Source: an uncultured virus (IMG/VR IMGVR_UViG_3300030117_006168) (taxonomy: Duplodnaviria; Heunggongvirae; Uroviricota; Caudoviricetes). Taken from it: a stretch of 64,000 nucleotides of DNA. Positions 46,252 to 56,057 of this stretch are shown one piece after another. Below the pieces are notes generated by a model, which was not told where the DNA came from, did not search any database, and worked only from the letters and a program-made list of their open reading frames with translations. The stretch is taken from IMG/VR virus record IMGVR_UViG_3300030117_006168, one strand, 5' to 3'. Made by a program: the position numbers and the translations under genes. Numbering within the stretch: the stretch's first letter is position 1; every line of letters starts with the position of its first letter.

Positions 46252-48219
46252 ATGGCATTTCAGCTATCACCAGGAGTAAACGTATCTGAGATTGATCTCA
46301 CTACAATTGTTCCTTCAGTTGCCACTTCCATTGGCGCTACCGCTGGACAGTTTGCTTGGGGTCCTGCAAATGAGGTAAAAACTATATCAGATGAAGTTTT
46401 ATTGCAGGAAGAGTTTGGAAACCCAGATGATGGAAACTACGAATATTGGTTTTCAGCGGCAAACTTTTTAGCATATGGAAATAATTTAAAAGTTGTAAGA
46501 GCAGTAAGTAAAGATCATGCAACAGGTTCATTAAATGCAGCTGCAAATGTCGGTGGTGCATTACTTATAGAGAATGATGATGATTATGATTTAAACCATA
46601 GTACCGCAAATACAAATGTTGGCCCTTTTGCAGCTAAATACGCAGGTGCAAGAGGTAATTCATTGAGAATCTCTATTTGTCCAAGTACAAACGCATTTTC
46701 ACAAAATATATCACAATCACCTGCAAGTTTTTCTATTACTGCAAACGCATTGAATATTGTTAATGATATTACAAATGTAATCAATGTTAAAAAAGTAGAT
46801 GCAAACGGGTATATTACAGGAACGCCTACAGGACCTAAAGTAATAGAGGGTGATAAAGTTTCAGTAGATGGTGGCACAACTTATAAAGATGTTGTGGCCG
46901 CAAATGCTACTACTATAACAGTTGCAGCTGCTCAAGCATTTTCAGCTAATATAGCAAACAACACAGCTATTCTTCGTAAGTGGCAGTATCATGACGATTT
47001 CAAGATCGCACCAGGAACTTCAGATTATGCAAATGCTAGAGGCGCTACAGGTGACGAATTACACGTTGCAGTTGTTGATGAAGATTCACTATTTTCTGGT
47101 ACTGCAAATACATTTTTAAATAAGTTTGTTGCTGTTTCTAAGGCTAGTGATGCTTTGACTTCAGAAGGTTCTACAAATTTCTATAAGAATGTAATTAATG
47201 ACCAGTCTGAATATGTTTGGTGGACAGCACATCAAAATGGTGGTACTAATTGGGGTACAACCACTACTGCTACATCAACATTTACAAATCTAGATACACC
47301 GTTTAGTGCATCATTAGTACAAGGTGCTAATGGCGCTGTTTCAACTGCTAATGTTGTAACTGCTTTTGCTGAGTTTACAGACCCAGCAGCCGTTGATATT
47401 AACTTAATTGTAACAGGTCCAGCAGATTCTACTGTTAGTGCTTCTGTTATAGATAATATCTGCTTGACTCGTAAAGATTGTATGGCATTTTTATCACCTG
47501 AAAGAGCAGATGCTTTAAATAACGCTGGTAGTGAAGCTACTGATATAATTGCATATCGTAACTCACTTACATCAACATCATTTGCCTTTATGGACTCTGG
47601 ATACAAATATCAGTATGACAAATACAATGATGTATTCAGATATGTACCATTAAACGGTGATATGGCGGGTCTATGTGTAAGAACAGATTTAGAGAGAGAT
47701 CCATTTTTCTCACCTGCTGGTTTAAATCGTGGTATTATTAAGAATGTAGTTAAACTTGGATATAATCCATCAAAAGCAGATAGAGATGATCTTTATAGTA
47801 GTGGTATTAACCCTGTGGTTACATTCCAAGGCGAGGGTACAGTATTGTTTGGAGATAAAACAATGCAATCTAAACCTTCAGCGTTTGATAGAATTAATGT
47901 TCGTAGATTGTTTATCTTGTTAGAAAAGGCAATATCAAGAGCTGCAAGATTCTCACTCTTTGAATTTAACGATCAATTTACACGTTCACAATTTGTTGCT
48001 CTTGTAGAACCATTCTTGAGAGATATACAAGGTCGCCGTGGTATAACAGACTTCAGAGTAGTTTGTGATGATACAAATAATACTGGTGAAGTCATAGATC
48101 GTAACGAGTTTGTAGGTGATATTTACATTAAGCCTGCAAGGTCAATTAACTTCATACAACTTAACTTCGTTGCTGTAAGAACAGGAGTTTCATTTGAAGA
48201 GATTGTAGGACGCTTCTAA
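46252..48219 (+). CDS. 18: tail sheath protein gp18
   Basis: SPGVNVSEIDLT, FSPAGLNRG, FDRINVRRLF, IKPARSINFI. Confidence 0.98.
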   Translation: MAFQLSPGVNVSEIDLTTIVPSVATSIGATAGQFAWGPANEVKTISDEVLLQEEFGNPDDGNYEYWFSAANFLAYGNNLKVVRAVSKDHATGSLNAAANVGGALLIENDDDYDLNHSTANTNVGPFAAKYAGARGNSLRISICPSTNAFSQNISQSPASFSITANALNIVNDITNVINVKKVDANGYITGTPTGPKVIEGDKVSVDGGTTYKDVVAANATTITVAAAQAFSANIANNTAILRKWQYHDDFKIAPGTSDYANARGATGDELHVAVVDEDSLFSGTANTFLNKFVAVSKASDALTSEGSTNFYKNVINDQSEYVWWTAHQNGGTNWGTTTTATSTFTNLDTPFSASLVQGANGAVSTANVVTAFAEFTDPAAVDINLIVTGPADSTVSASVIDNICLTRKDCMAFLSPERADALNNAGSEATDIIAYRNSLTSTSFAFMDSGYKYQYDKYNDVFRYVPLNGDMAGLCVRTDLERDPFFSPAGLNRGIIKNVVKLGYNPSKADRDDLYSSGINPVVTFQGEGTVLFGDKTMQSKPSAFDRINVRRLFILLEKAISRAARFSLFEFNDQFTRSQFVALVEPFLRDIQGRRGITDFRVVCDDTNNTGEVIDRNEFVGDIYIKPARSINFIQLNFVAVRTGVSFEEIVGRF

Positions 48220-48245
48220 ATAAAGGATAACACAGGAGAAAATAA

Positions 48246-48791
48246 ATGGCCTTTAACGTAAACGAATTTAGAACACAGATGGTGGGCGATGGCGCCCGCC
48301 CTAATCTGTTTGAGGTCGGCTTACCTTTTCCAGGCTTTGCCGCTCCAGGCAACGCACAAGCAAAAACAACTTTCATGGCTAGAGGCGCTCAGATTCCTGG
48401 TGCTTCAATCGGTGTCGTACCAGTTACATACTTTGGTCGTGAATTAAAATTTGCAGGAAATAGGATATTTGCTGACTGGACAATAACAGTAATTAATGAT
48501 GAAGATTTCATTATTAGAAATGCAATGGAAAGATGGATGAACGGTATCAACTCTCATAGTTTGAACGTGAGAAACCCAGCCGGTTTAACACCATTAGGAT
48601 ATACAGTTGATGGTGACGTAAAACAATTCGCAAAAAGTGGAGATGAACTTAAAAAATACAAATTTATCGGTCTTTACCCAACCGATCTTTCACCTATTGA
48701 ATTAGAGTGGGGATCAAACGATACGATTGAGGAGTTTACTGTAACATTTTCATATCAATGGTGGGAAGCCGAAGAAACTGGTGTTATTTAA
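48246..48791 (+). CDS. 19: tail tube protein gp19
   Basis: GARPNLFEV, GRELKFAG-x-R-x-F-x-DWTITVINDE, IEEFTVTF-x-YQWW. Confidence 0.97.
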   Translation: MAFNVNEFRTQMVGDGARPNLFEVGLPFPGFAAPGNAQAKTTFMARGAQIPGASIGVVPVTYFGRELKFAGNRIFADWTITVINDEDFIIRNAMERWMNGINSHSLNVRNPAGLTPLGYTVDGDVKQFAKSGDELKKYKFIGLYPTDLSPIELEWGSNDTIEEFTVTFSYQWWEAEETGVI

Positions 48792-48831
48792 GAGGGGGCT
48801 TTTTAGCTCCCCCAAAATATAGGATGGATAT

Positions 48832-50502
48832 ATGGCGATAAAATTATTTGGATTTACCCTTGGCAAAAAAGATCAAGCAAAAGAGCAACCTACTGAACAG
48901 GCCTCTTTTGCTTTACCTAATGAGGCCATGGATGATGGTGCTGTTACTGTACAAAACAATGCTTATTACGGTACATATGTTGATTTAGAAGGTTCTGTTC
49001 GCAATGAATTAGAACTGATTACAAGATACCGTGAAATGTCAAATCACCCTGAGTTAGATGCAGCTATTGATGATATAGTCAATGAGGCTATAACACATGA
49101 TCTTGATGGCAAATCAGTAGACATTAATGTTGATAATTTAAAACAACCTGAGACCATTAAGAAAAGAATTATGGAAGAGTTTAACAATATCAAACATATG
49201 TTAAACTATGGTAATTTGGCTGATGACTTATTCAAAAGATGGTATATAGATGGTAGACTATACTTTCATATTGTAGTTAATGATAAATCACCAAAAGAAG
49301 GTATAAAAGAATTAAGGTATATTGACCCAAGAAAAATAAGAAAAGTTCGTGAAATAAAGAAAGATCGTGACCCTAAAACCGGTGCAATGATTATCAAATC
49401 AATCGGTGAATATTACGTTTATAATGATAAAGGCACGACAACACAAACATATACAGCAAACATGAATAGTGGTTTGCGTATTGCTACAGATTCAATCATA
49501 TACTGTTCATCAGGTATGATGGATGCAAGAAATACATTTGTCATTTCTTATTTACATAAGGCGATTAAGCCTTTAAATAATTTAAGAATGATAGAAGATG
49601 CGATTGTAATATATCGTATATCGAGAGCACCAGAAAGAAGAATATTTTACATTGATGTAGGTAACTTACCAAAAGGTAAAGCAGAACAATACTTGCGTGA
49701 TGTAATGATTAAGTATCGTAACAAAATGGTTTATGATGCTTCAACTGGTGAACTCAGAGATGATCGTAAACATAAGTCAATGTTAGAGGACTTTTGGTTG
49801 CCTCGTAGAGAAGGTGGTAAGGGAACAGAGATTACAACACTACCAGCTGGCCAAAATTTAGGTGAGCTAGAAGATGTTAAGTATTTTCAAAAGAAACTTT
49901 TACAATCATTGAACGTGCCAATTTCACGTTTAGAACCACAACAAGGTGGTATGATTGGCTTAGGTAGAGTTTCAGAGGTCACAAGAGATGAAGTTAAGTT
50001 TAATAAATTTATCATAAGATTACGCAATAAGTTTGCACAAGTATTTGATCATGCTTTAAGAGTGCAGTTGTCACTTAAAGGTATAATGAGTATTGATGAG
50101 TGGGACGTTGCAAGAGAAGATATTTATTATGACTTTAAGAAAGATAATAACTTTTCTGAAATGCGAGAAGCAGAACTTCTTCGTGAAAGACTTAACTTAT
50201 TAGGTACAGTTGATCCATATATTGGTCGTTATTATTCAACAGAGTGGGTAAAGAAAAATGTTTTACAATTATCTGATGAAGAAATAATGAAGATGGATAA
50301 ACAAATGAAAAAAGAGGGTGCTATTCTTCAACAACCCGAAGTAGATCAAGATGGGATTCAGACCCAAACACCACAGCCACCAAACGGGTCTGGCCCATCG
50401 CCTAACAATTCAGATAATTTAGCTACGGCTAGAGGCTTGAATACAGAAAGTATAGTTAGATTAATTAAAGAATCTGACAAGGCTGTACTAAATAGAAAAT
50501 AA
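48832..50502 (+). CDS. 20: portal protein gp20
   Basis: WYIDGR, IYRISRAPERRIFYIDVGNLP, EDFWLPRREGGKGTEITTLP. Confidence 0.98.
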   Translation: MAIKLFGFTLGKKDQAKEQPTEQASFALPNEAMDDGAVTVQNNAYYGTYVDLEGSVRNELELITRYREMSNHPELDAAIDDIVNEAITHDLDGKSVDINVDNLKQPETIKKRIMEEFNNIKHMLNYGNLADDLFKRWYIDGRLYFHIVVNDKSPKEGIKELRYIDPRKIRKVREIKKDRDPKTGAMIIKSIGEYYVYNDKGTTTQTYTANMNSGLRIATDSIIYCSSGMMDARNTFVISYLHKAIKPLNNLRMIEDAIVIYRISRAPERRIFYIDVGNLPKGKAEQYLRDVMIKYRNKMVYDASTGELRDDRKHKSMLEDFWLPRREGGKGTEITTLPAGQNLGELEDVKYFQKKLLQSLNVPISRLEPQQGGMIGLGRVSEVTRDEVKFNKFIIRLRNKFAQVFDHALRVQLSLKGIMSIDEWDVAREDIYYDFKKDNNFSEMREAELLRERLNLLGTVDPYIGRYYSTEWVKKNVLQLSDEEIMKMDKQMKKEGAILQQPEVDQDGIQTQTPQPPNGSGPSPNNSDNLATARGLNTESIVRLIKESDKAVLNRK

Positions 50503-50532
50503 ATAAACTAATGTATATAATAGGAGATAAAA

Positions 50533-50838
50533 ATGGCTGATTTAGATGATTTTATTGATAAAGTGGTTGGTGGCCAAGCGAGTGCAGCTAGAGAACAATT
50601 ACAAGGAATGTTGTCTACTAAAACTGCTGATGCTTTGCAAGATAGAAAACATGAAATAACAAACGCTTTATTCAATGATGGTGAAGAGGTAGAGGCAGAA
50701 GAAGAACCCGTAGAGGGTGAAGAAGAGGTGACAAGCCAGTATGGCGATGATCCTGCAATTGAAAATGATGAGATACAAGAAATAGATCCATTTTCAGGAC
50801 AACCAGTAGAACCAGAGGGAGAAGTAGAAGAAGCATGA
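50533..50838 (+). CDS. prohead core protein (gp67-like)
   Basis: Small, very acidic, immediately after gp20. Confidence 0.65.
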   Translation: MADLDDFIDKVVGGQASAAREQLQGMLSTKTADALQDRKHEITNALFNDGEEVEAEEEPVEGEEEVTSQYGDDPAIENDEIQEIDPFSGQPVEPEGEVEEA

Positions 50839-51470
50839 AAACTTTACAATCACTAATGCAAGAAGTTTCAGGTCAGGCTCGTATGAAAAATACGTCTGAC
50901 TATAAGATAGTGATTGGCGCTGATGGTAAAAAGAAAAAAATTCGAGCTCATAGAATCAAAGTAGGCGATAGAGCTCCAACAGTTGGTGATGATCCAGAGC
51001 AGGATATGGTAACAGATGAAACATCGCCAATAAAAGATCCACCTTTTGTTTTAGTTTTCAAAAGAAAAGCAATCAGACCATATCCAGGTGGTATAAAGGT
51101 TGCAATGTATTATAATAAAAATTTAGACAAGTATGTTACGGTGCCTTATGGTAAAGGTATGTTAGATAATCCAATGCAAGCAGAGGAATTTATGAAAACA
51201 TTTAAAGAGTTTTCTGAAAAAGAAATGATAGAAGAGATGAAGGTTATGGATCATCTTCATGACATTGTTAAAAACAAACAAGCTAAAAGAGTAAAGTTTG
51301 CTGATGGGTCATCTAGAACTGTAGATCATTTTACAGCATCTGCTATTACAGCTGTACATAAAAAAGTAAATGATGCAAATAAAGAAAAGTTATCAGACAT
51401 GGTACATAAAAGTCCAGGTCATTTAAAGAAGGCTGCCGATTTTGCTTTTAGTCAGGTAAAAACTAAATGA
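50835..51470 (+). CDS. putative prohead core/internal head protein
   Basis: Between gp20 and gp21; MKTLQSLMQE N-terminus and internal MKTFKEF. Confidence 0.65.
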   Translation: MKTLQSLMQEVSGQARMKNTSDYKIVIGADGKKKKIRAHRIKVGDRAPTVGDDPEQDMVTDETSPIKDPPFVLVFKRKAIRPYPGGIKVAMYYNKNLDKYVTVPYGKGMLDNPMQAEEFMKTFKEFSEKEMIEEMKVMDHLHDIVKNKQAKRVKFADGSSRTVDHFTASAITAVHKKVNDANKEKLSDMVHKSPGHLKKAADFAFSQVKTK

Positions 51471-51793
51471 ATTTAGATTTTCTTTTAGACTTCTTACGAG
51501 AAGCGCCACAAAATATTATGAAAATTGGGCGCACTAAAAAGATTAGAAGAAGAATTAGGCGTGATAGAACTGGTAAGATAGTAGTACAGAGAAATAGAAT
51601 TAGATCAGGTGTAAAAGGTTATGCAGCTACAGGTAAAGGTGGTTCAGTAAAAAGAATACCTGCTACTGCAAGAGTTAAAAAAGCGAGATTGTTAAAACGG
51701 TCTTGGAAAACAACGAGGAGAGCTAAACTTCGCCGTTCAATGTTGAAAAGGAAACTTTCAATGAGAAGGCGAGCATCACTAGGACTAAGATAA
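51467..51793 (+). CDS. highly basic prohead core protein (gp68-like position)
   Basis: Arg/Lys-rich 108 aa, ends KRKLSMRRRASLGLR. Confidence 0.65.
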   Translation: MNLDFLLDFLREAPQNIMKIGRTKKIRRRIRRDRTGKIVVQRNRIRSGVKGYAATGKGGSVKRIPATARVKKARLLKRSWKTTRRAKLRRSMLKRKLSMRRRASLGLR

Positions 51794-52246
51794 ATGAGTA
51801 CAAAAAATACAACAATCACAAATAAATTAAGAGGCCCATCTGTTATTAGAGTTAGTAGTAGAGTTGGTGGCGCAGGAGAAACACATACAGATGTGGCAAA
51901 CATATTCATGGCGAACTTATCAGCCACAGAATCTACGTCAAATAGTTACGGTGGTTTAACAATCGAAACAGTAACAGCGGCTAGTATTCAAAGTTTATTC
52001 TATAGCAGTAACGGTGTTATAGAAATAAAAAGAGTTGGTGACGCCGGTGTAGCTGCCTCTGCTAACGCAAATCTTTTATCATTACAAGCCGGTGTTGGCT
52101 CTGTTGACTTTTCTAAAGACTTTCAAGCACTTGATGAAGGTAAAACAAAAAATATTTTCATTGAATTTGTAGATGATGCTCAAGGTACTGTTGTTATGAA
52201 AGTATCTAAAGTAGCCACCTACAGCCCAGCTGCTGATACATTCTAA
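51794..52246 (+). CDS. hypothetical virion protein
   Basis: ORF in head operon directly before gp21. Confidence 0.65.
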   Translation: MSTKNTTITNKLRGPSVIRVSSRVGGAGETHTDVANIFMANLSATESTSNSYGGLTIETVTAASIQSLFYSSNGVIEIKRVGDAGVAASANANLLSLQAGVGSVDFSKDFQALDEGKTKNIFIEFVDDAQGTVVMKVSKVATYSPAADTF

Positions 52247-52255
52247 GGAACAAAA

Positions 52256-52906
52256 ATGAAACTCATATCAGAAACATATTTCACAGAAGTGAAAACAATT
52301 ACAGAAGAAAAAGATGGGAAAAAGAATCTTTATATTGAAGGTACTTTTCTTGTCGGTGATACTGTAAACAAAAACAATCGAATGTACAAAATGGATACGC
52401 TTCGTAATGAAGTGGCTCGTTATGATAAAGAGTATGTTCAAACCAATCGTGCCTTAGGAGAGTTAGGACACCCAGATACACCTACAATTAATCTTGAAAG
52501 AGTATCACATAAAATTGTTTCACTAAACGAAAATGGTAAAACATTTTATGGTAAGGCAAAAATCTTAGAAACACCATACGGACAAATTGTTAAGAACTTT
52601 ATTGACAATGACGTAAGTGTTGGGGTTTCTTCAAGAGCATTAGGTTCTTTAGAACCACAGAAAGAAGGATATAATTTGGTGCAAGATGATTTGAAACTTG
52701 CTACGGCTGCTGATATTGTCGCTGACCCATCTGCTCCAGGTGCTTTCGTAAATGGCATTATGGAAAATAAAGAATGGATGTTTGTCGAGGGGCGCTTCGT
52801 AGAAGCTGATTTTGACAAAGCAAAGAAACAAATTAAAGAAGCAACAAAATCTGAAATAGAAGGAGTTGCTCTCAAATTATTCGATAGTTACCTCAGAAAA
52901 CTTTAA
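52256..52906 (+). CDS. 21: prohead protease gp21
   Basis: ALGELGHP, GVSSRALGS, DIVADPSAPGAFV. Confidence 0.97.
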   Translation: MKLISETYFTEVKTITEEKDGKKNLYIEGTFLVGDTVNKNNRMYKMDTLRNEVARYDKEYVQTNRALGELGHPDTPTINLERVSHKIVSLNENGKTFYGKAKILETPYGQIVKNFIDNDVSVGVSSRALGSLEPQKEGYNLVQDDLKLATAADIVADPSAPGAFVNGIMENKEWMFVEGRFVEADFDKAKKQIKEATKSEIEGVALKLFDSYLRKL

Positions 52907-52909
52907 TTT

Positions 52910-52917
52910 TATAAATA
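52910..52917 (+). promoter_or_regulatory. T4-type late promoter
   Basis: TATAAATA upstream of gp22. Confidence 0.8.
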
Positions 52918-52946
52918 TAGTTTAGAAAACAAAGGAGATAAATCAG

Positions 52947-54050
52947 ATGTCAGATCAAAATCAACTCATGGAAGCAGCTGCTGAAGTATTAAATAGAAGT
53001 AGAGCAGATGCGTCCTCACAGCCAATGGAAAAAGCTGACGCCTCTTCAGTAGGTGGTACGCAAGATTTAGGTGGCCCAACACCTGAAAATTATAAACAAG
53101 ATGATGATTCAGCAAAAGTTAAAGCATCTGCTATGGCAGCTGATAACTCTGCTAAGAATCAAGCAGGACTAAAAATGAAACCTTCAGCAGCTTCGGCTAA
53201 TCCACAGGATAAAGAGCCTAAAATGGAAGAAACTGAATCTGAATCTGAAGAAGAGGTAATACAAGAAAAAGGTATGCCTCAAGGATTAAAAGACTTCTTA
53301 GAAAAAAAGAAAGACGAAATGAAAGAAGAGATACATCAAGACGTTGCAGCTCTTTTCTCTGATGATACAAGTATTTCAGATGAGTTTAAGGCAAAAGCTT
53401 CAACTCTTTACGAAACAAGAGTTAATGACCGTGTCGCACAGATACAAGAGGAAATTGACTCACAATACGCAGCTGCATTTGATGACGCTGTACAAAAAAT
53501 TAGAACTGAACTTACAGAAAAGGTAGACGATTACCTTAACTATGTTGTTGAGCAGTGGATGACGGACAATCAAATCGCAGTAGAGTCTGGTCTCCGTGCA
53601 GAGATGACTGAAGAGTTTATTGTAGGTTTAAGAGATTTATTCAAAGAACATTATATTGATGTTCCTGAAGAAAAAGTTGATTTAGTTGATGAATTAGCTA
53701 CTAAAGTTGAAGAATTAGAATCTCAGCTTAATGAAGAGATGGAAAAAGGTATGACATTCGCTAAGGCATTAGTCGAGGCTAAAAAGAATGAAATTACCGT
53801 AGATGTATGCGAAGGACTTACTAAAACTCAATATGAGAAAATTAAAACACTTGCAGAAAGTGTCGAGTTCTCCACAGAGGAAGAATTTGTAGAAAAAGTA
53901 AAAGTCATTCGTGAAAATTACTTTCCCACAGAGGGATCGAAGAAAGCTGAGCAAGAAACACTCAATCAAGAAGTTGATCTACCAGCTGAACAAGCTCATG
54001 ATCCATTTGTTGATGCCGTTTCCAACGCTATTTCACAAACAAAAAAATAA
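52947..54050 (+). CDS. 22: prohead core scaffold gp22
   Basis: EFKAKAS-x-x-x-E, VDDYLNYVVEQW, F-x-EHYIDVPEEK. Confidence 0.96.
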   Translation: MSDQNQLMEAAAEVLNRSRADASSQPMEKADASSVGGTQDLGGPTPENYKQDDDSAKVKASAMAADNSAKNQAGLKMKPSAASANPQDKEPKMEETESESEEEVIQEKGMPQGLKDFLEKKKDEMKEEIHQDVAALFSDDTSISDEFKAKASTLYETRVNDRVAQIQEEIDSQYAAAFDDAVQKIRTELTEKVDDYLNYVVEQWMTDNQIAVESGLRAEMTEEFIVGLRDLFKEHYIDVPEEKVDLVDELATKVEELESQLNEEMEKGMTFAKALVEAKKNEITVDVCEGLTKTQYEKIKTLAESVEFSTEEEFVEKVKVIRENYFPTEGSKKAEQETLNQEVDLPAEQAHDPFVDAVSNAISQTKK

Positions 54051-54074
54051 TTTAATCTAAAACAGGAGAAAAAG

Positions 54075-55406
54075 ATGTATCTTTCAGAGAGTTTACAAAA
54101 AAAATGGGGAGGAGTCTTAGATCACCCTGATCTACCAAAGATTGATGACCCATATAAGAAAGCGGTAACAGCCGTTATTCTTGAGAACCAAGCAGTTGAG
54201 ATGGGTAAGTCTGCTCAAACATTGCAAGAGACCTCGCCTACAAACTTTGCAGACACCGGTGGTTTTGGTTCTGCTGGTAATCAACAAAAAGCTGGTTTTG
54301 ACCCAATCTTAATTTCTTTAGTCAGAAGAAGTTTACCAAATCTTATCGCATATGATATTTGTGGTGTTCAGCCAATGACTGGACCAACCGGTCTTATCTT
54401 TGCAATGAGAGCTAAATTTGATAACATGGGTGGTACAGAGGCCTTTTATGACGAGGCGAATACGGCTCACGCAGCTTCAGAAGGTAATGCTCCACAAGCA
54501 CTTGCAATTGGTGGTACACCTCCAACTGCTGTGTTTACTGGTAACGCTGCTCCTGATTCTGGTATGACAACAGGTAAGGCAGAGGCATTAGGTGATGGAA
54601 ATGCTGCTAACACATTCCATGAAATGGCCTTCTCAATCGAGAAAGTTACTGTAACCGCAAGAACAAGAGCACTCAAAGCTGAGTATTCTATGGAACTTGC
54701 TCAAGACTTGAAAGCAGTTCATGGTCTTGATGCTGAAACAGAGTTGTCAAACATTCTTTCAGCAGAAATACTTGCAGAGATCAATCGTGAGGTTGTTCGT
54801 GAGATTTACAAACAGGCTATTGTCGGCGCAAAAGTTGGAACAGTTACACATGGTAAGTTTGACTTAGATACTGACTCAAACGGTCGTTGGATGGTTGAGA
54901 AAGTAAAAGGTTTAGCATTCCAGTTAGAACGTGAAGCAAACGCTATCGCCAAGTTGACTCGTAGAGGGAAAGGTAACATCATGATTTGTTCAAGTGATGT
55001 AGCATCCGCTCTCGCTATGGCAGGTTTACTTGATTATAACTCCGCTTTACAGGGACAAGTTAATCTTACAGTAGATGATACAGGTAATACCTTTGCAGGT
55101 ACAATGTTTGGACGTATTAAAGTCTACATTGATCCTTATACTCCTGCTTCTTCAACAAATGAGTTTGCTGTTGTAGGATACAAAGGCACAAATGCCTATG
55201 ATGCTGGTATATTCTATTGCCCATATGTACCACTACAAATGGTCAGAGCAGTTGGTCAAGACACTTTCCAACCAAAAATTGGATTTAAGACTCGTTACGG
55301 TCTAGTCGCTAACCCATTCGCTCAAGGTACTGATGTAGGTGAAGGCGCATTAACAGCACAAACTAATAACTACTATCGTATTTTCCAAATCGCTAACTTA
55401 ATGTAA
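54075..55406 (+). CDS. 23: major capsid protein gp23
   Basis: GVQPMTGPTGLIFAMR, RALKAEYSMELAQDLKAVHGLDAE, YCPYVPLQM, FQPKIGFKTRYG. Confidence 0.99.
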   Translation: MYLSESLQKKWGGVLDHPDLPKIDDPYKKAVTAVILENQAVEMGKSAQTLQETSPTNFADTGGFGSAGNQQKAGFDPILISLVRRSLPNLIAYDICGVQPMTGPTGLIFAMRAKFDNMGGTEAFYDEANTAHAASEGNAPQALAIGGTPPTAVFTGNAAPDSGMTTGKAEALGDGNAANTFHEMAFSIEKVTVTARTRALKAEYSMELAQDLKAVHGLDAETELSNILSAEILAEINREVVREIYKQAIVGAKVGTVTHGKFDLDTDSNGRWMVEKVKGLAFQLEREANAIAKLTRRGKGNIMICSSDVASALAMAGLLDYNSALQGQVNLTVDDTGNTFAGTMFGRIKVYIDPYTPASSTNEFAVVGYKGTNAYDAGIFYCPYVPLQMVRAVGQDTFQPKIGFKTRYGLVANPFAQGTDVGEGALTAQTNNYYRIFQIANLM

Positions 55407-55424
55407 AAATTAATTAGTATCTTT

Positions 55425-55454
55425 AAAGAGGAACTTCGGTTCCTCTTTTTTTTT
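55425..55454 (+). terminator. rho-independent terminator
   Basis: AAAGAGGAAC-TTCG-GTTCCTCTTT plus T-run. Confidence 0.93.
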
Positions 55455-55475
55455 GGCTTTCGCTTATAGAACTTA

Positions 55476-55483
55476 TATAAATA
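55476..55483 (+). promoter_or_regulatory. T4-type late promoter
   Basis: TATAAATA 4 nt before gp3 ATG. Confidence 0.75.
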
Positions 55484-55487
55484 GAAG

Positions 55488-56024
55488 ATGGCAGGCATAA
55501 CAGATAAAAACCCTAGTAATCCTAATTTTTTACACCCAAATAAATTTGTGTTCTCATTTGCAAGAGCACCTAATTTACAATACTTTTGTCAATCTGTAAC
55601 AGTACCAGGATTATCAATTGGTGAGGCCATGTTTAATACACCATTTGTGGATTTGTTTTCACCTGGTGATAAACCAATGTATGACTTGTTAAATGTCACA
55701 TTTTTAATTGATGAAGATTTAAAGAGCTGGTTAGAAATACATGATTGGCTTCGTGCTATGTCATTTCCTGAGGGTTATGCAGATTACAAAAATATGGGTA
55801 AATTAAATAAATTTGCTAATAATCAACCAAAGTTTCCGCAATTTCATGATGCTTCACTTACTTTATTTTCTTCAGCAAATACCCCTAGATTTAGATTTAA
55901 ATTCAAAGATGCTTTTCCAACAACACTTTCTACGTTTGTAATTAATTCAGCTGATTCACCAGATGAAATACTTACAGCTGATGCTACATTTAGATTTGCC
56001 TATTATAATGTTGAAAAATTATAA
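55488..56024 (+). CDS. 3: tail tube terminator gp3
   Basis: NPNFL-x-P-x-x-F, YFCQSV-x-VPG, FLIDEDL, F-x-DAFPT-x-L. Confidence 0.92.
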   Translation: MAGITDKNPSNPNFLHPNKFVFSFARAPNLQYFCQSVTVPGLSIGEAMFNTPFVDLFSPGDKPMYDLLNVTFLIDEDLKSWLEIHDWLRAMSFPEGYADYKNMGKLNKFANNQPKFPQFHDASLTLFSSANTPRFRFKFKDAFPTTLSTFVINSADSPDEILTADATFRFAYYNVEKL

Positions 56025-56051
56025 AAAATAGTGTACCCTCCTAGAAGGAGG
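56011..56051 (+). promoter_or_regulatory. putative sigma70 promoter overlapping an SD-sequestering hairpin of uvsY
   Basis: TTGAAA-17bp-TACCCT; CCTCCT-AGA-AGGAGG. Confidence 0.5.
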
Positions 56052-56057
56052 TAAATT

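Noticed and set aside
48794..48813. GC hairpin after gp19 as terminator
   Set aside because: Not followed by a T-run on the plus strand; may be a stability or processing hairpin
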